Source of the DNA: the human T2T-CHM13v2.0 reference genome, Homo sapiens | DNA length: 64,000 nucleotides | Assembly: GCF_009914755.1 (NCBI RefSeq) | Contig: NC_060931.1 | Strand: one strand, 5' to 3' | In this document: piece by piece, positions 1-15,288 of the stretch | Position numbering within the stretch: the first letter of the stretch is position 1 | How the letters are laid out: each line of letters opens with the position of its first letter | Program-made: the position numbers and the translations under genes | Notes under the pieces: generated by a model | Told to the model about the DNA's origin: nothing | What the model saw: the letters and a program-made list of their open reading frames with translations, nothing else | Database searches by the model: none

Positions 1-1205
1 AGGAGCACCAGGGCCTGACGCTCCTCCAAATCCCCTGCGCTGGCCATCCCAGGCCCCTTCCATCACGTGACCTGACAGCCACCGTCTTCTTGCTCCTCTC
101 CAGAGCCCCTAAACTTGGCTGTGGCCCGTCAGCTTCTCTAGGGGTGCCAGTGGCTGGGGCAGGAATCGGAACCCTTCTCTCCTCCTGGAGATTCAGGAGA
201 ACGGGGTCCACCCTTCACTGCCGTGTGATCTGAGCCAGCTGTCCCCGCTCTCTGTGCCTCCACGAAGCTCAGCCGGGGTTGAGACAGAACTGTTGGGAGG
301 ATAAACTGTGGTTTGGTGGATGAGGCACCACTAGGGGCCCCGGCCTCACCGCCCATTTGCTGGGTGATCTCAGGCAAGTCACTTGCAGTCTCTGAGCCTC
401 TGTCTCCACCTCATTTGTGATGTCGCCGCAGTGACCCTCCCAGTTTCATGGACCCTTCTAAGGACCAGAAAGGGGAGGGGCTGAAAGAATTGGCTCTGGG
501 GGGTTAAGGGGCCCTGGGCCAGGCATCCAGGCCATCGGAGGACTGTGTCCCATAGAGGGGTGGAGGGGGAGCCCGTTCTGCAGCCCACAGCAGGGCCTGA
601 GCCCAGGGGGCCCAGCCAGAACCCTGGGTGCAGGGTCAGAGCCCTGAGCAGCCGCTAAGTGCACCCTGGAGACACCCCTGCTGGGGAGGAGCCCAGAGCA
701 GGCCACTTTGTCCCCAGGGATCCCAGGACTGTCCCCCAGGCCCAGGGGCACTGCAGAACTGGTGAGGGAGCTACTCAGGCAGACCATCTGCCTGTGCACC
801 ATGGACTCTCAGCTCAGCCCAGCAGGTCCTTCACGCCCCTCGGCCCCAGGACCCACCCAAGTTCCCAGCAGGGATCTCCACCCACCCTGAGCCTATTTCT
901 GGCACACAGCGCCCCCTGCTGGCCTCTTCGGGGGCAGCAGAGACTCACGGGGCCTCTGAGTCCTGGCTCTCAAGTTGTTTAAAGGAAGGAGAAAGTCTCC
1001 CGGTCCCGGGATCTGGGTCTCAGCCACCTTTGACTCCTGCCTCCCTCAAGGAGGGACAGATGGGGCCGCATTGCAGGCTGGTCCCAAGCAATCGTGGCCA
1101 CTTTTGTTTTTCTGGAAAGTCTTCTAAAGGTCATGTGCCACAAGGGGCCTATTTATACCCACCCTTTCACTCTCCTCCCTCCCTTTCTTCCCTTCCTTTT
1201 CTGTC

Positions 1206-1216
1206 TGTGTGTGTGT

Positions 1217-1247
<31 letters not shown>

Positions 1248-1261
1248 CGTATGTGTGTGTG
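1206..1261. repeat. (TG)n microsatellite, ~28 units, interrupted
   Basis: Directly visible. Confidence 0.97.
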
Positions 1262-1262
1262 C

Positions 1263-1554
1263 TTTTTTTTTTTCTCTCTCTCTTTTTGTAGATGTGGTCT
1301 CGATCTGTCACCCAGGCTGGAGCGCAGTGGCACAATCATAACTCACTGTAGCCTTGAACTCCTGGGCTCAGCCTCCTGAGTAACTGGGACTGCAGGCGTG
1401 TGCCACCACGCCTGGCTAATTTTCTTTATTTTTTGTAGAGATGGGGGTCTCACTGTGTTGCCCAGGCTGGTCTCAAACTCCTGGCCTCAAGTGATCCTCC
1501 AGCCTCAGCCTCTTAAAGTGCTGGGATTACAGGCATGAGCCACCACTCCCAGCC
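1263..1554 (-). mobile_element. AluJ-type SINE with a small internal deletion
   Basis: T-rich start, cccaggctggagcgcagtgg...gtgctgggattacaggcatgagccacc. Confidence 0.9.
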
Positions 1555-1819
1555 AGCACAGGGACTTTGACGGTGTCTGAAGGGCACTCCTTGAACCTGA
1601 GGGTCCAGAAAGACTTTCCTGATGTCAGAAGGAGGAGAGGGCTGGGATGGAGGGAACCTGGGCCACGAGTGAGGTTCTCCCACTAAGGAGCGTGACGGGG
1701 CACACACAGCGTGGACAGCTGCAGGTCTCATGGGGTGCACATGCATGTCCCTGCGTGTCACGCATGTCCCTATGTGTCAGGCCCAACTGGGACCTGACTC
1801 TCTATCTCCTTTGGCCCAG

Positions 1820-1976
1820 GTCCTCCTGCTAGAAGCAGCAGAACGGCCCTCCAGCCCGGACAACGACCTGCCAGCCCCCGAGAGCACTCCGCCGACCTGG
1901 AATGAGGACTTCCTCCCCGACGCCATCCCTCTTGCTCACCCTGTGCCACGACAGAGAAGGCCCACGGGCCCAGCCG
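1820..1976 (+). CDS. COL26A1: COL26A1 internal coding exon (probably exon 5 of 13): end of coiled coil, Pro-rich linker, start of collagen domain 1
   Basis: Acceptor ctcctttggcccAG|GTC, donor GCCG|GTGAGT; 157 nt, phase 0->1; VLLLEAAERPSSPDNDLPAPESTPPTWNEDFLPDAIPLAHPVPRQRRPTGPA(G) recognised as collagen XXVI/EMID2. Exon number is from memory. Confidence 0.96.
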
Positions 1977-2182
1977 GTGAGTGAGGGCTGCAGAGAGGAC
2001 AGGCTGGGGCAGCCGAAGGGACCTTGGGCATGGCCTCCCAGGGCCTCCCTAGAGAGGCCACACACTAGACACTCTAGTTCCAACATGCCATGTGACATTT
2101 TGAAAAATTAAGCTAACAGTTGAAAATGGGTATTTCACCTAAAAGCCAGGATTTCTAGTTTCTCTTAAGAAGTAGACGATCT

Positions 2183-2935
<753 letters not shown>

Positions 2936-3204
2936 TTGGCCATCAGGGCTGGCAGTCCCTCATGGAAACAACCAGCTACTGGGTTGCCACTGTAGGTCCA
3001 GTCCAGGCTGTGCAGTTTGCCGCAGTCCCCACCATTCCCTATTGTCTTACAGCTCAGCTACTGTCTTCAGTATCTGCCCTGCTCCTTGGCTTCTGCACTT
3101 ATGGCCCCCAGCCCAGCCTTGCTGGGTTCAATTTTGCAGCATTCTGCCTGGCCAGGGAGCAGGAACTTACTGCTTCCCACCTCTTTCTGGGGTTTGCTCT
3201 CTGA

Positions 3205-3591
<387 letters not shown>

Positions 3592-3825
3592 TAAAGTTAA
3601 GGGGAAGAATTTTCCCTCTGCAGATTCTACCTACTGGTCTGGGCTCTGCCACCTGGGGCTGTAATTACCTTTGCTTTAATCACAATTGTAATAATCATAG
3701 TTGCAATCGATGAAGCCCTCCTGGTTGCCAGACACTGAGGTGGGGCTTTATCCTGGAGGACATTTAGCAAACAACACCTGTCTATAAGGCTGAATCCAGG
3801 GGTTGAAGGCTGGGGTCTACCATGA

Positions 3826-4328
<503 letters not shown>

Positions 4329-4524
4329 TACAGATATCACTCTTAATCTTCACACAAAGCTTGGAAGCCTTGAGGTTACAGGGGAGACACCTGAGGCTCA
4401 GAGAAGTTAAGTGACACCCCTGGGGTCACCCAGCAAGCCAGCAAGCTGGGGGCATTTTGCCTCCATGATTCTCTGCCCTTAGAGCCCTTTGGAGGGGGCG
4501 CTCTCCCTCTGCCCTCTGTTCTGA

Positions 4525-5364
<840 letters not shown>

Positions 5365-5925
5365 TGAGCAAACATTTTTCAGCATCCTCTCTGGGCCAGA
5401 GGGAGAAAAGGCTGTCCCCTGGCCACACAGCAAGCCTTACCTCTCCATCTCCTTGTCCACCCTTGGGGTTTAGAGATCTGTAGCTGGGAAGATCCATCCT
5501 TCAGGACCTCCTGGGGCCTCCTCGGAGGCCACCTGTTGGGGAGCACTTTGCCACAAGCCCGGTTCTTGACCCTAAGCAGAGAGACAGCAGGGTGTGAGAG
5601 AGGGACCTGGAGCTAAGCAACTTCATCTGCAGCCTGGCTGTGTGAGCTTGGGCAAGGGACCAACCTTCCTGAGCCTCAGTTTCCCCACATTGAAAATGGG
5701 AACGAAAGCAGTTCTTAGAATCATAGATGTTTGTAAGTGCAAAGCTGGTTTGTAAGTTGTAATAACCAGCTCCAAGGTGATGTGAGTGCCTTTGCCTGTT
5801 TAGGGAGTCCCAGGTAGGCAGGGCTCCTGGGGGAACGTAGGCTGACAGCCCAGGGGGCCAGGCCTGGAGCCACTGGAGGCTGGGGGTCCACCATGTTCTG
5901 ATGCCCTGTCTCCTTCTCTCCCCAG

Positions 5926-6024
5926 GGCCCCCGGGGCAGACAGGACCACCAGGGCCTGCAGGCCCCCCCGGGTCTAAAGGTGACCGAGGCCAGACAGGAG
6001 AGAAGGGTCCAGCGGGGCCGCCTG
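5926..6024 (+). CDS. COL26A1: COL26A1 coding exon, pure Gly-X-Y (99 nt)
   Basis: Acceptor tctccttctctccccAG, donor CCTG|GTAAGA; phase 1->1; (G)[32 protein letters not shown](G). Confidence 0.97.
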
Positions 6025-6156
6025 GTAAGAAAACCCCCCACATATGTGATGTTGTCAACCTGCGGAAGGGGCTGGGCTTTCTTCTCTACTGGAACAGGCG
6101 AGGTGTCCCACGCACCCACAGCCCTGATCTTGCTGGGTACCAGAAAAACGGGGTCT

Positions 6157-6758
<602 letters not shown>

Positions 6759-7263
6759 AAAACAGGGTCTTCAGGGGCTTCGGGTACAGGCATGAGCATC
6801 GAGGCTGTCAGGGGCCAGGAGCAGTTCTCAGCCATTTAAACACCTCCAGAGACCACCCTCTCAACTCCTCCTGGTTCCTGCCGGGGAAGGACCCCTGGTT
6901 CAGCAGGTACAGGGCCAGCCCAGGATGGTGGCTTATACTTGGTGTTCCTGCCACAGGGCTGAAGTCCCTGGGAGGGACCAATGGGCCTCTGGCCAGAGCC
7001 TTTGCTGATTTCACCGTCCCTGCCCCCCTCACCCTCCCAAGCTGCCACTAAGTGTCCCCTCTGGACTGGGCTGGGAAGGGAAGCCCATTTCATTTACACC
7101 CCAGGACACCCCCAAGGAAGACTGTGGATCGGAGGTCACCACTGACTGCCTGTGGGCCCCTGACCAACCCTGTTTCTTTCAAGGCCTCAGTTTCCCCATT
7201 TGTAAGTTGCAGCCACCCGCCAGGCTCCGGCTGCCACAGTGACTGTTCTTTTCCTCATTGCAG

Positions 7264-7416
7264 GGCTCCTGGGGCCTCCAGGGCCCCGTGGGCTTCCTGG
7301 AGAGATGGGGCGCCCCGGCCCCCCAGGACCACCCGGCCCAGCAGGCAACCCAGGCCCCTCACCAAACAGCCCCCAGGGCGCCCTCTACTCCCTGCAGCCG
7401 CCTACAGACAAAGACA
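7264..7416 (+). CDS. COL26A1: COL26A1 coding exon: end of collagen domain 1 plus non-collagenous linker
   Basis: Acceptor ttcttttcctcattgcAG, donor GACA|GTGAGT; 153 nt, phase 1->1; (G)LLGPPGPRGLPGEMGRPGPPGPPGPAGNPGPSPNSPQGALYSLQPPTDKD(N). Confidence 0.97.
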
Positions 7417-8169
7417 GTGAGTAATGCCCCTGGGGGGCCAAGGGAGGGCTGAGCTACCTGTGTTCTGGGAGGGATCAGCCTTCCTTAAAGGATCCCGGGA
7501 AGTGGACCCCACCACATGCCCATCCTGCTGCACCCAACTGGCTCACTCCTGCAGGCCTCCTCCAGGAAGCCCTCCATGCAGTGTCCAGGGCCTGCCAGTG
7601 ACGATGACAGGGAACAGCTTGGGAGCAAGGCTTGGTCCTGGGGCTAAGCATCCTCAAGTGGACCCAGGGCTAGCCCCAAGCCCTGCTTTTGGCCCCAAAG
7701 TGGCCTGTCTCTGCCTCAGTGCTCAGCTCCCTGCCTTTGGGGTTGTGAGCCCCAAAGTTCACTCTGCTGGCTGACTTGGCCCAGATTCCCTACCTGGCTA
7801 CCCCACCCCACCAAGGTTATCCCTTATTGTACTTGTTCCTCACCCGCCCTCACTGCAGGTCATTCAGCAGGTGTTTAGTGAGCACCTACTATGTGCAAGG
7901 CACAGGATTTTAGCCACTGGGGACACAGCAATGTGCAAAACAAACTCCGGCCCTCGGGGGCACCGGCCAGTCCAAGAGAGCCTCTGAACACACAGAAATG
8001 TCCACTTCTACCTTGGGAGGTGGGGACAAGGAGGTGCAGAGAGTGGACGGGACCAGGACTCTGGGCCTAAGGGACCATGAGGTAGTGGGAGGCCAGGCAG
8101 AGGAGTCCGTGAGCCCTGAGAGGAGCATCATTTCTGGTTAAGTGTCCCGGCAACTGGGGAAGATTTTTA

Positions 8170-8499
8170 CTTTAATTTTTTTTGACATAGGGTCTGTTGC
8201 CCAGGCTGGAATGCAGTGGCGCCATCATAGCTCCCTGCAGCCTCTCACTCCTGGGCTCAAGGGATCCTCCCACCTCAGCCTCCTGAGTAGCTAGGACCCC
8301 AGGCATGTATCGCCACATCTAACTAATTTTTTTTTTTTTTTGAGTGGAGATGGGGTCTCACAATGTTGCCCAGGCTGGTCTGGAGATGTGGTCTCACTAT
8401 GTTGGGCAGGCTGGTCTTGAACTCCTGGCCTCAAGTGATCCTCCCTCCTCAGCCTCCCAAAGTGCTGGGAGTACAGGTGTGAGCCACTGTGCCCAGCCT
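8170..8499 (-). mobile_element. AluJ with an internal 36-bp tandem duplication, inserted in an L2 remnant
   Basis: Units at 8346-8381 and 8382-8417; L2 3'-end motif gtttagtgagcacctactatgtgc at ~7870. Confidence 0.88.
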
Positions 8500-9068
8500 G
8501 GGGAAGGGTTTTATGAGGAAGGTGATGGCATTGCCCTGGGGCCCTGGGTCTGGTTCAGGATTGGCCAGGGTGAATCAGGTGAGGGGCTCATCCTGGAGGG
8601 CCATGGGAGATGGGTTGTTAAACAGACTCCACCCCTGCTCCAGGCAGTGTGGTCGCCATGATGTAATCAGACTCCCCAGGCACAGCTCAGAGGGGTGGGC
8701 ATGGAGGGCTTCCTGGAGGAGTGAGCCAGTTGGGTGCAGCAGGATGGGCCTGTGGGATGGAGCCTGGAAGAAGATGCCAGCCTGGGGCATTGGAGGGCAG
8801 ACCCAGAGTCTGAAGAGCCTGGAATGTTCTAGAAGGTATTTATGTTTTATATGAAGCTGACCGACCTGGCTTTCCCTGCTCTTTGTCTGGGCCTCTCCGT
8901 GCTCCTCTGAGCAGTGGGGGCAACAGTATCTGCAGCGGGCCCCAGGGTGATGGGAGGAGCCCCCCTGGGCTTCGTGTGGCCTGGCTCAGGGCTCAGTGCC
9001 CCGGACCAGCCTCCCAGCACTGCCAGGTCTGCCCCACCAGACCCCTGGCCGCTCCGCTCTTCCCACAG

Positions 9069-9152
9069 ATGGAGACTCAAGGCTGGCCTCTGCCATCGTG
9101 GACACAGTGCTGGCAGGTGTCCCAGGACCCCGGGGTCCCCCTGGTCCACCAG
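9069..9152 (+). CDS. COL26A1: COL26A1 coding exon: linker and start of collagen domain 2
   Basis: Acceptor ctcttcccacAG, donor CCAG|GTAAGT; 84 nt, phase 1->1; (N)GDSRLASAIVDTVLAGVPGPRGPPGPP(G). Not shown in this frame by the ORF track. Confidence 0.95.
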
Positions 9153-9616
9153 GTAAGTGAATGGTGGGCTGGCCTGCATTGAGGACTCCATCCCCCCAGG
9201 GCTGGCCTGAGCCATGGGGCCTTGAGGGGAGCTGGAGGTCGGCTGGCGGTCCATGGCTTCTGGGCAATGCTGGGGACTGGGTCTGTCCCACCCGCTGTGT
9301 GGCAGGAAATGAAGCCCCTCGTTTCCTAGTGGCAGTGCCCCTGGGGGACTGGATGCATGAAACCCACGTGATTCTGCTGGAATAAGATGCCTGCATGAGG
9401 CTGCCCTTGCATGGGCCAGAGTGGGACACACACCAGTGGGGGATGGGGTCAGGACAGAGGTGGCAGGAAGTCCCTACCTTTGAGGCAGAAACCAAGGGGT
9501 TCAAAGGGGCTGGGACCTGGCTGTCAGTCCTGGCCTGACCTTCCATCATCCACATTCCTCATTGGGGGAAGAATGCAGGGCTGACTGCCTTGCCCCTTTC
9601 TGCCCGGGAAGGGAGT

Positions 9617-9763
9617 CATTCATTCATTCATTCATTTGTTTATTCACTGATTCATTCATTCTTTTATTCATTCATTTATTCATTCATTCGTTCATTCATT
9701 CATTCATTTGTCCATTCATTCATTCGTTTATTCATTCATTCATTCGTTCATTCATTCATTCAT
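9617..9763. repeat. (ATTC)n tetranucleotide repeat at an L2 3' end
   Basis: Directly visible; followed by L2-like aaacattcattgaacatctg...atgtgccagac. Confidence 0.93.
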
Positions 9764-11083
9764 TTCTCTGTGCGTCTCACAAACATTCATTGAACATCTG
9801 CCACTACATGTGCCAGACAGTGATCTAGGTTCCCGGAACTCCTGAATAATCAAAACAAACATCATCGAGAAACTCTCATTCTGGTGGAGGACAGGAATAT
9901 CATCATAAATTGTGACTTCGACAGGATCTGAGGGAGCTACAAGGGAGAAGCTGGGGCGTGGCGGGGAGGCGCCGTCAAAACGTGACATTTCAGAAGATGC
10001 TCTAGGGAGGAGAGGGAGTAAGCTCAGAGGGTACCTGGGGGCCTTCAGGTGACATGCCAGGTCTCTGGAGAACTGGACAGACTCCTGACATTTGTCCCCT
10101 GGAGTGCCTGTCCTCACATGCCCTCTCCAAACCTGGGAGCCAGGCCATGCTGGACAGCCCAACATGCGGCTCCCTGCACCACAGGGAGGGATCATGAGAG
10201 ACCCTCCCTGGGCCCGTGTGGGGTCATGAGAGACCAAGACCTTACTCTTCCTAGCAGGCTGGAGATTAGTCATGAATCTCCCTCCCTGAGCTGGGCACAC
10301 ACATGAAACCCAGCCCGGCCCTCTGGGTACTCCACATCCCATGGGGCAGACAGACGTGTAAACCTCAGTGGCCATGGGCGGTGGCTGGTTTACATAAGGG
10401 ATTTGCCTGGAGAAGCAGTGGAAAGCTGGGAAGGCTTCCTGGAAGAGGTGATGCTCTGTGTCAGACTGGTAGGAAAACCAGTAGGAAAGGGTTTGCTGGG
10501 AGAGTGGAGGAATAGGGAGGCTCCAGGAGGAAGGACAGCTTTAGCAGAGACGCCAGGAGGGTGTCTGGCTGGGGCAGGGAGGGTGGGAAGGGGCTGGGCT
10601 GAGGACTTCAGGAGCCCTGAAAGGGATGTAACTGGGCTTGGATTTTTGAGAGTGTACTCTTGGGGGCCATAGGAAGGGTCGATGATCAGGAGGCTGTTAT
10701 AGTAACCCCAGCAAGAGGGATGGGTCCCAGGTCCCGAGGCGGGACAGACCAGAGAGACGTACCAGGGGACCAACTGGCTGGGGCGTGGGAGCAGTCTGGA
10801 CGGACTTCCTCCCTTGCCTGCCGGTTCTCGGGATTGGGGCTGCGTCGTGGACGAGGCCCTGGGAGGAGGAGGTGTGGGAGCTGTGGGCAGCCGGTGGAGA
10901 GGACCCTGGGCTCCGAGGATGGAGACCTCGTTGAGAGGGGGTGTGCCTCCCTCCTCCCCACACCATTCATTCCCAAACCCTCCTTTACTTCCCATGGAGA
11001 CAGATCAAGAACAGGTGCTGGGGTGGGAGGCTGGGGGCGCCCCCTCTCTGGCCCCAGGTGACCATCTGTGACTCTGCCCACAG

Positions 11084-11136
11084 GTCCCCCTGGGCCTCGA
11101 GGTCCCCCAGGACCCCCAGGAACACCTGGATCCCAG
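11084..11136 (+). CDS. COL26A1: COL26A1 coding exon, Gly-X-Y (53 nt)
   Basis: Acceptor ctctgcccacAG, donor CAG|GTAAGG; phase 1->0; (G)PPGPRGPPGPPGTPGSQ. Confidence 0.94.
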
Positions 11137-11270
11137 GTAAGGACTTTGCCATTTTAGGTAGGGTGTGGGAGGCGGCGGGTGGCGGGTGGCCTTGTCTCCC
11201 TAGGGGAGAAGAAGCACCTTTTTACCAGCAAGAGTCACTCAGGAAGGAGCCAGTCGGCCTGGCCGGTGAG

Positions 11271-11594
11271 ATTTTATTTTATTTTGTTTTATTTATTTTT
11301 AAATTTATTTTTGAGATGGAGTCTCTCTCTGTCACCCAGGCTGGAGTGCAGTGGCGCCATCTCAGCTCATGCAACCTCCACCTCCTGGATTCAAGTGATT
11401 CTCCTGCCTCAGCCTCCGGATTAGCCGGGACCACAGGCGCACGCCACCACGCCCAGCTAATTTTTGTATTTTTAGTAAGAGATGGGATTTCACCATGTTG
11501 CCCAGGCTGGTCTCGAACATCCGACCTCAAGTAATCCATCCGCCTCAGCCTCCCAAACTGCTGGGATTACAGGTGTGAGCCACTGCGCCCAGCC
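11271..11594 (-). mobile_element. AluS SINE
   Basis: Antisense Alu; TSD gagatttta. Confidence 0.92.
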
Positions 11595-12075
11595 GAGATT
11601 TTAATTTTATTAGCAGCAGTGACTCTTTGCTGAGTATATCCTCCTCCTGTTATGCCAGGGAGGTGTTAGCATCACTCGCATTTCACAGATGAGCTAACTG
11701 AGTCCCAGAGAGACCAGATGCTGCCTGAGGTTGTACAGAGGGTGTAGGCAGAGTTGGGCCAGGTCACAGAATCTCTGCCTCAGCCCCTCACCTTGCCCTG
11801 AGAATTGCCCATGGGGAGGCGGCACCCCAAGCCTGACTCAGCCCCTAACCCCAGGTTCGCCCTGCCTCTGCAGCTGTCAGAAGTCAGGAAGAGCAGGTAC
11901 AAAGGCCCTGAGGCAGGGAAAAGGCTGGCAGGTAGTGAGCAATGGAGTGTGTGGTGTCGGATGAGGCACAGTGGGCAGGGCCTTATCTACGGGTCCCAGG
12001 TGTGGGCTTTTGTTACAGTGGATGGAATTATTGAGTTTCAGGGAGGGTGATTCCATGATCTTATTTACATCTTTA

Positions 12076-12388
<313 letters not shown>

Positions 12389-13020
12389 TTAATTAATTAA
12401 ATATGTAAAAATAGAAAGTAGACTCGGCATGTCTGGCCAATGGAATAAGTCTGGTGAGAAGGGCAGGGAAGGCTGTAGGTTCACTCCCTGGTGTCTGTCA
12501 GGAGCAGCTGGGAGGACAGGGAGGCATTTCCTGAGAAGGGGAGGCTTCGGGATGGGGGGCACCAGGAGTTCCCTTTGGAGAGAGGGGGAGTGGGCACCTC
12601 ATGGTCAGCTGGGTGGCGATGTCAGGGGACAGCTGGACACGGGCCTGGGGCTCCCGGGAGCCGTCTGGGCTGACATCAGCACACGTGGGACCCTGGCCAT
12701 CGCTGTTAGTATCACTAGTTCTCTCCACACACCGGACCACCTGCTCCCCCTTCTCTGCCTGACAGCCGTACGTGGCATTGGCCCATTTTGCAGGTGAGAA
12801 GACTGAGGGCTCAGCTGGGGTCCCTAGTCAATAGCAGCTCCAGGTGGCTCCAGGACTGGAGGCCTTTGAGTCTGCCCTTCCCGTGCCGGCCGGGCCATCC
12901 TCCTCTCCCTTCCTCTTCTGCAGACTCAGAGCACAGTGGGCGGGGAGGGGGGTGGCCAGAGGGCACTGGAGACTTGGCCAGGACCGGCAGGCCTCACACG
13001 CTTCCTTTGGTTTTCTGCAG

Positions 13021-13056
13021 GGCCTGGCTGGAGAGCGAGGCACAGTGGGGCCGTCT
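13021..13056 (+). CDS. COL26A1: COL26A1 small coding exon, Gly-X-Y (36 nt)
   Basis: Acceptor cttcctttggttttctgcAG, donor TCT|GTAAGT; phase 0->0; GLAGERGTVGPS. Confidence 0.93.
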
Positions 13057-13462
13057 GTAAGTGTGGGCTGTGCAGATGGGCCTGGGCCACTCCCAGGCAG
13101 AGGCTCTGATGCAAGCCCAGGGCACTGGGTGGCGGGGGTTGGTGGGGGGGTTCAGCCCTGGGTGGCCCTGCTGGAGCTCAGGCAACAGGGAGGGACTGAG
13201 AAAGGACTCAAATCGCCTCCTGCTGCGGGGTGAGGAGGGAAGCGACCTCCAGAGAGTGCGCTGACAGTCCTGAGTGCCTGCAGCCCTGGATTAATGCACT
13301 GTGTGACCCTGGCCTTTCATTCATGCGCTGTGTGGCCTGGGGCCATAGGTTAACATGCCGTGTGACCTGGGAAGTCCCTTCTTTTCTCTGAACCTCCCAG
13401 AAATAGGCTTAGACAGCCTTCCTTTAATCGACTTTCTTGGAAACAAGAACTTATGAGTCTCC

Positions 13463-13673
13463 CAGCCTGACCAACATGGTGAAACCCTGTCTCTACTAAA
13501 AATACAAAAATTAGCTGAGTGTGGTGGTACGCATCTGCAGTCCCAGCCACTCTGAAGGCTGAGACAGAAGAATTGCTTGAACCCGGAGGCAGAGGTTGCA
13601 GCGAGCCAGGATCACGCCACTGCACTGCAGCCTGGGTGACAGAGTGAGACTCCATTTCAAAAAAAAAAAAAAA
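13463..13673 (+). mobile_element. 5'-truncated AluS
   Basis: Begins at cagcctgaccaacatgg; TSD ttatgagt. Confidence 0.88.
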
Positions 13674-13769
13674 TTATGAGTATAGACTCCTGCCTCTAGG
13701 GCCAAGGAGTCAGGCGCTTCCTTGATGCCCAAGCCTCACTGTAGGGGTGTGGGGCGGGGAGGAGGAGTG

Positions 13770-14230
13770 GAGCTTTGCTGAGCACCTACTATGTGCTGGC
13801 CACAGTGGAGGTGCTCTCTTCCCCCACAGCGCATGTAAGCTTCACAGCGACCCCAAGAGACCATGCTTTATTATCCCCGTTTGCCAAAACTGGCCACTAA
13901 GGCTCAGAGAGGTTAAGTAACTTGCCCAAAGCCACACAGCGAGGCAGTGGTGGAGCCTGGATTTGAACCAGGGAGTGTCAAGCTCCCAAGCCATGCCTCC
14001 TCCCGTGCTTGTCTAGTGACCAAACACAACACAGGAGACACAATGATGGCACTTCTAGGTGCCAGGCTCTAATCTAAGCTCATTGTCCCTATTGATTAAC
14101 TTAATCCTCCTAACAACAGATGAGATAGATACTATTACTGATCCCATTTTACAGTTGGGAAAACTGAGGCACCAAGAAGTACAGTGACCCACTCAAGGCC
14201 ACACAGTAGTAGCTGGACATTTACATGTTA
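13770..14230 (-). mobile_element. Two MIR SINE remnants
   Basis: MIR core motifs ggctcagagaggttaagtaacttgccca and cccattttacag..gaaactgaggc. Confidence 0.75.
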
Positions 14231-14237
14231 CTGTGAG

Positions 14238-14850
14238 CTGGGCATGGTGGTGGCTCATACCTGTAACCCCAGTGCTTTGGGAGGCCAAGGCAGGAGGATC
14301 ATTTTGAGGCCAGGAGTTCAAGGCCACCCTGGACAACATAGTGAGACCCACCCCCATCTCTATAAAAATATTAAAAAATTAGCTGGGTTGTGGTGGTGCG
14401 TGCCCATAGTCCTAGTTACTCAGGAGGCTGAGGTTGGAGGATCACTTGAACCCAGGAGGTAGAGGCTGCAGTGAGCCATGATCGCGTCACTATACTCCAG
14501 CCTGGGCAACAGAGCAAGACCCTGTCTCAAAAAATTGGCTGGGTGCGGTGGCTCACGCCTGTAATCCCAGCACTTTGGGAGGCCAAGGCAGGCAGATCAC
14601 CTGAAGTCAGGAGTTCGAGATGAGCCTGGCCAACATGGTGAAACCCCGTCTCTACTACAAATACAAAAATTAGCCAGACATGGTGGCGCATGCCTGTAAT
14701 CTCAGCTACTCAGGAGGCTGAGGCAGGAGAATCGCTTGAACACAGGAGGCAGAGATTGCAGTGAGCCGAGATCACAACACTGCACCCCAGCCTGGGTGAC
14801 AAGAGTGAAACTCCATCTCAAATAAATAAATAAATAAAATACAATAAAAT
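14238..14850 (+). mobile_element. Tandem AluJ + AluS
   Basis: Two sense Alus; (AAAT)n tail. Confidence 0.92.
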
Positions 14851-15237
14851 ATGTGACTTTGAATCTGGTATTACTGGCCTTGTGTTGGAGACAGACAGCA
14901 GCCCTTCCAGGCAGGCTACTCAATCCTGGAAGGGCCCAGGCATGAACTTGCCGGCTTCCTAGCCTGAGTCTCTTCTGCCCCAGAAGCAGAATGAAGCACT
15001 TACAGCCAACCCTGGACACTTCCCTGCCATGCCAGGCTGAGCAGGCTGTGCCCCAGAGCCGTGGCCTCCCCTGCTGTGCTCAGCCCAGGGCAGGAGTCCC
15101 CTGGGCCCAGCACCCGTTCCCCAGGCCCTGCCTGCCCAGCCTGCCCCTGACTCCCTGCAGGCCCCCAGGGAACTGGAGAGGGTGGAGAGGTGCCCCCACC
15201 TCCCGTTCCAGTGTTGACTGTGTGACTTGCTTCTTAG

Positions 15238-15288
15238 GGTGAACCTGGCGTGAAGGGGGAAGAAGGAGAGAAAGCCGCCACTGCAGAG
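15238..15288 (+). CDS. COL26A1: COL26A1 coding exon: end of collagen domain 2
   Basis: Acceptor acttgcttcttAG, donor GAG|GTAACC; 51 nt, phase 0->0; GEPGVKGEEGEKAATAE. Confidence 0.94.

Noticed and set aside
1949-1963. RQRR furin-like site before collagen domain 1
   Set aside because: P1' is proline (RQRR|P), which disfavours proprotein-convertase cleavage; no other support.
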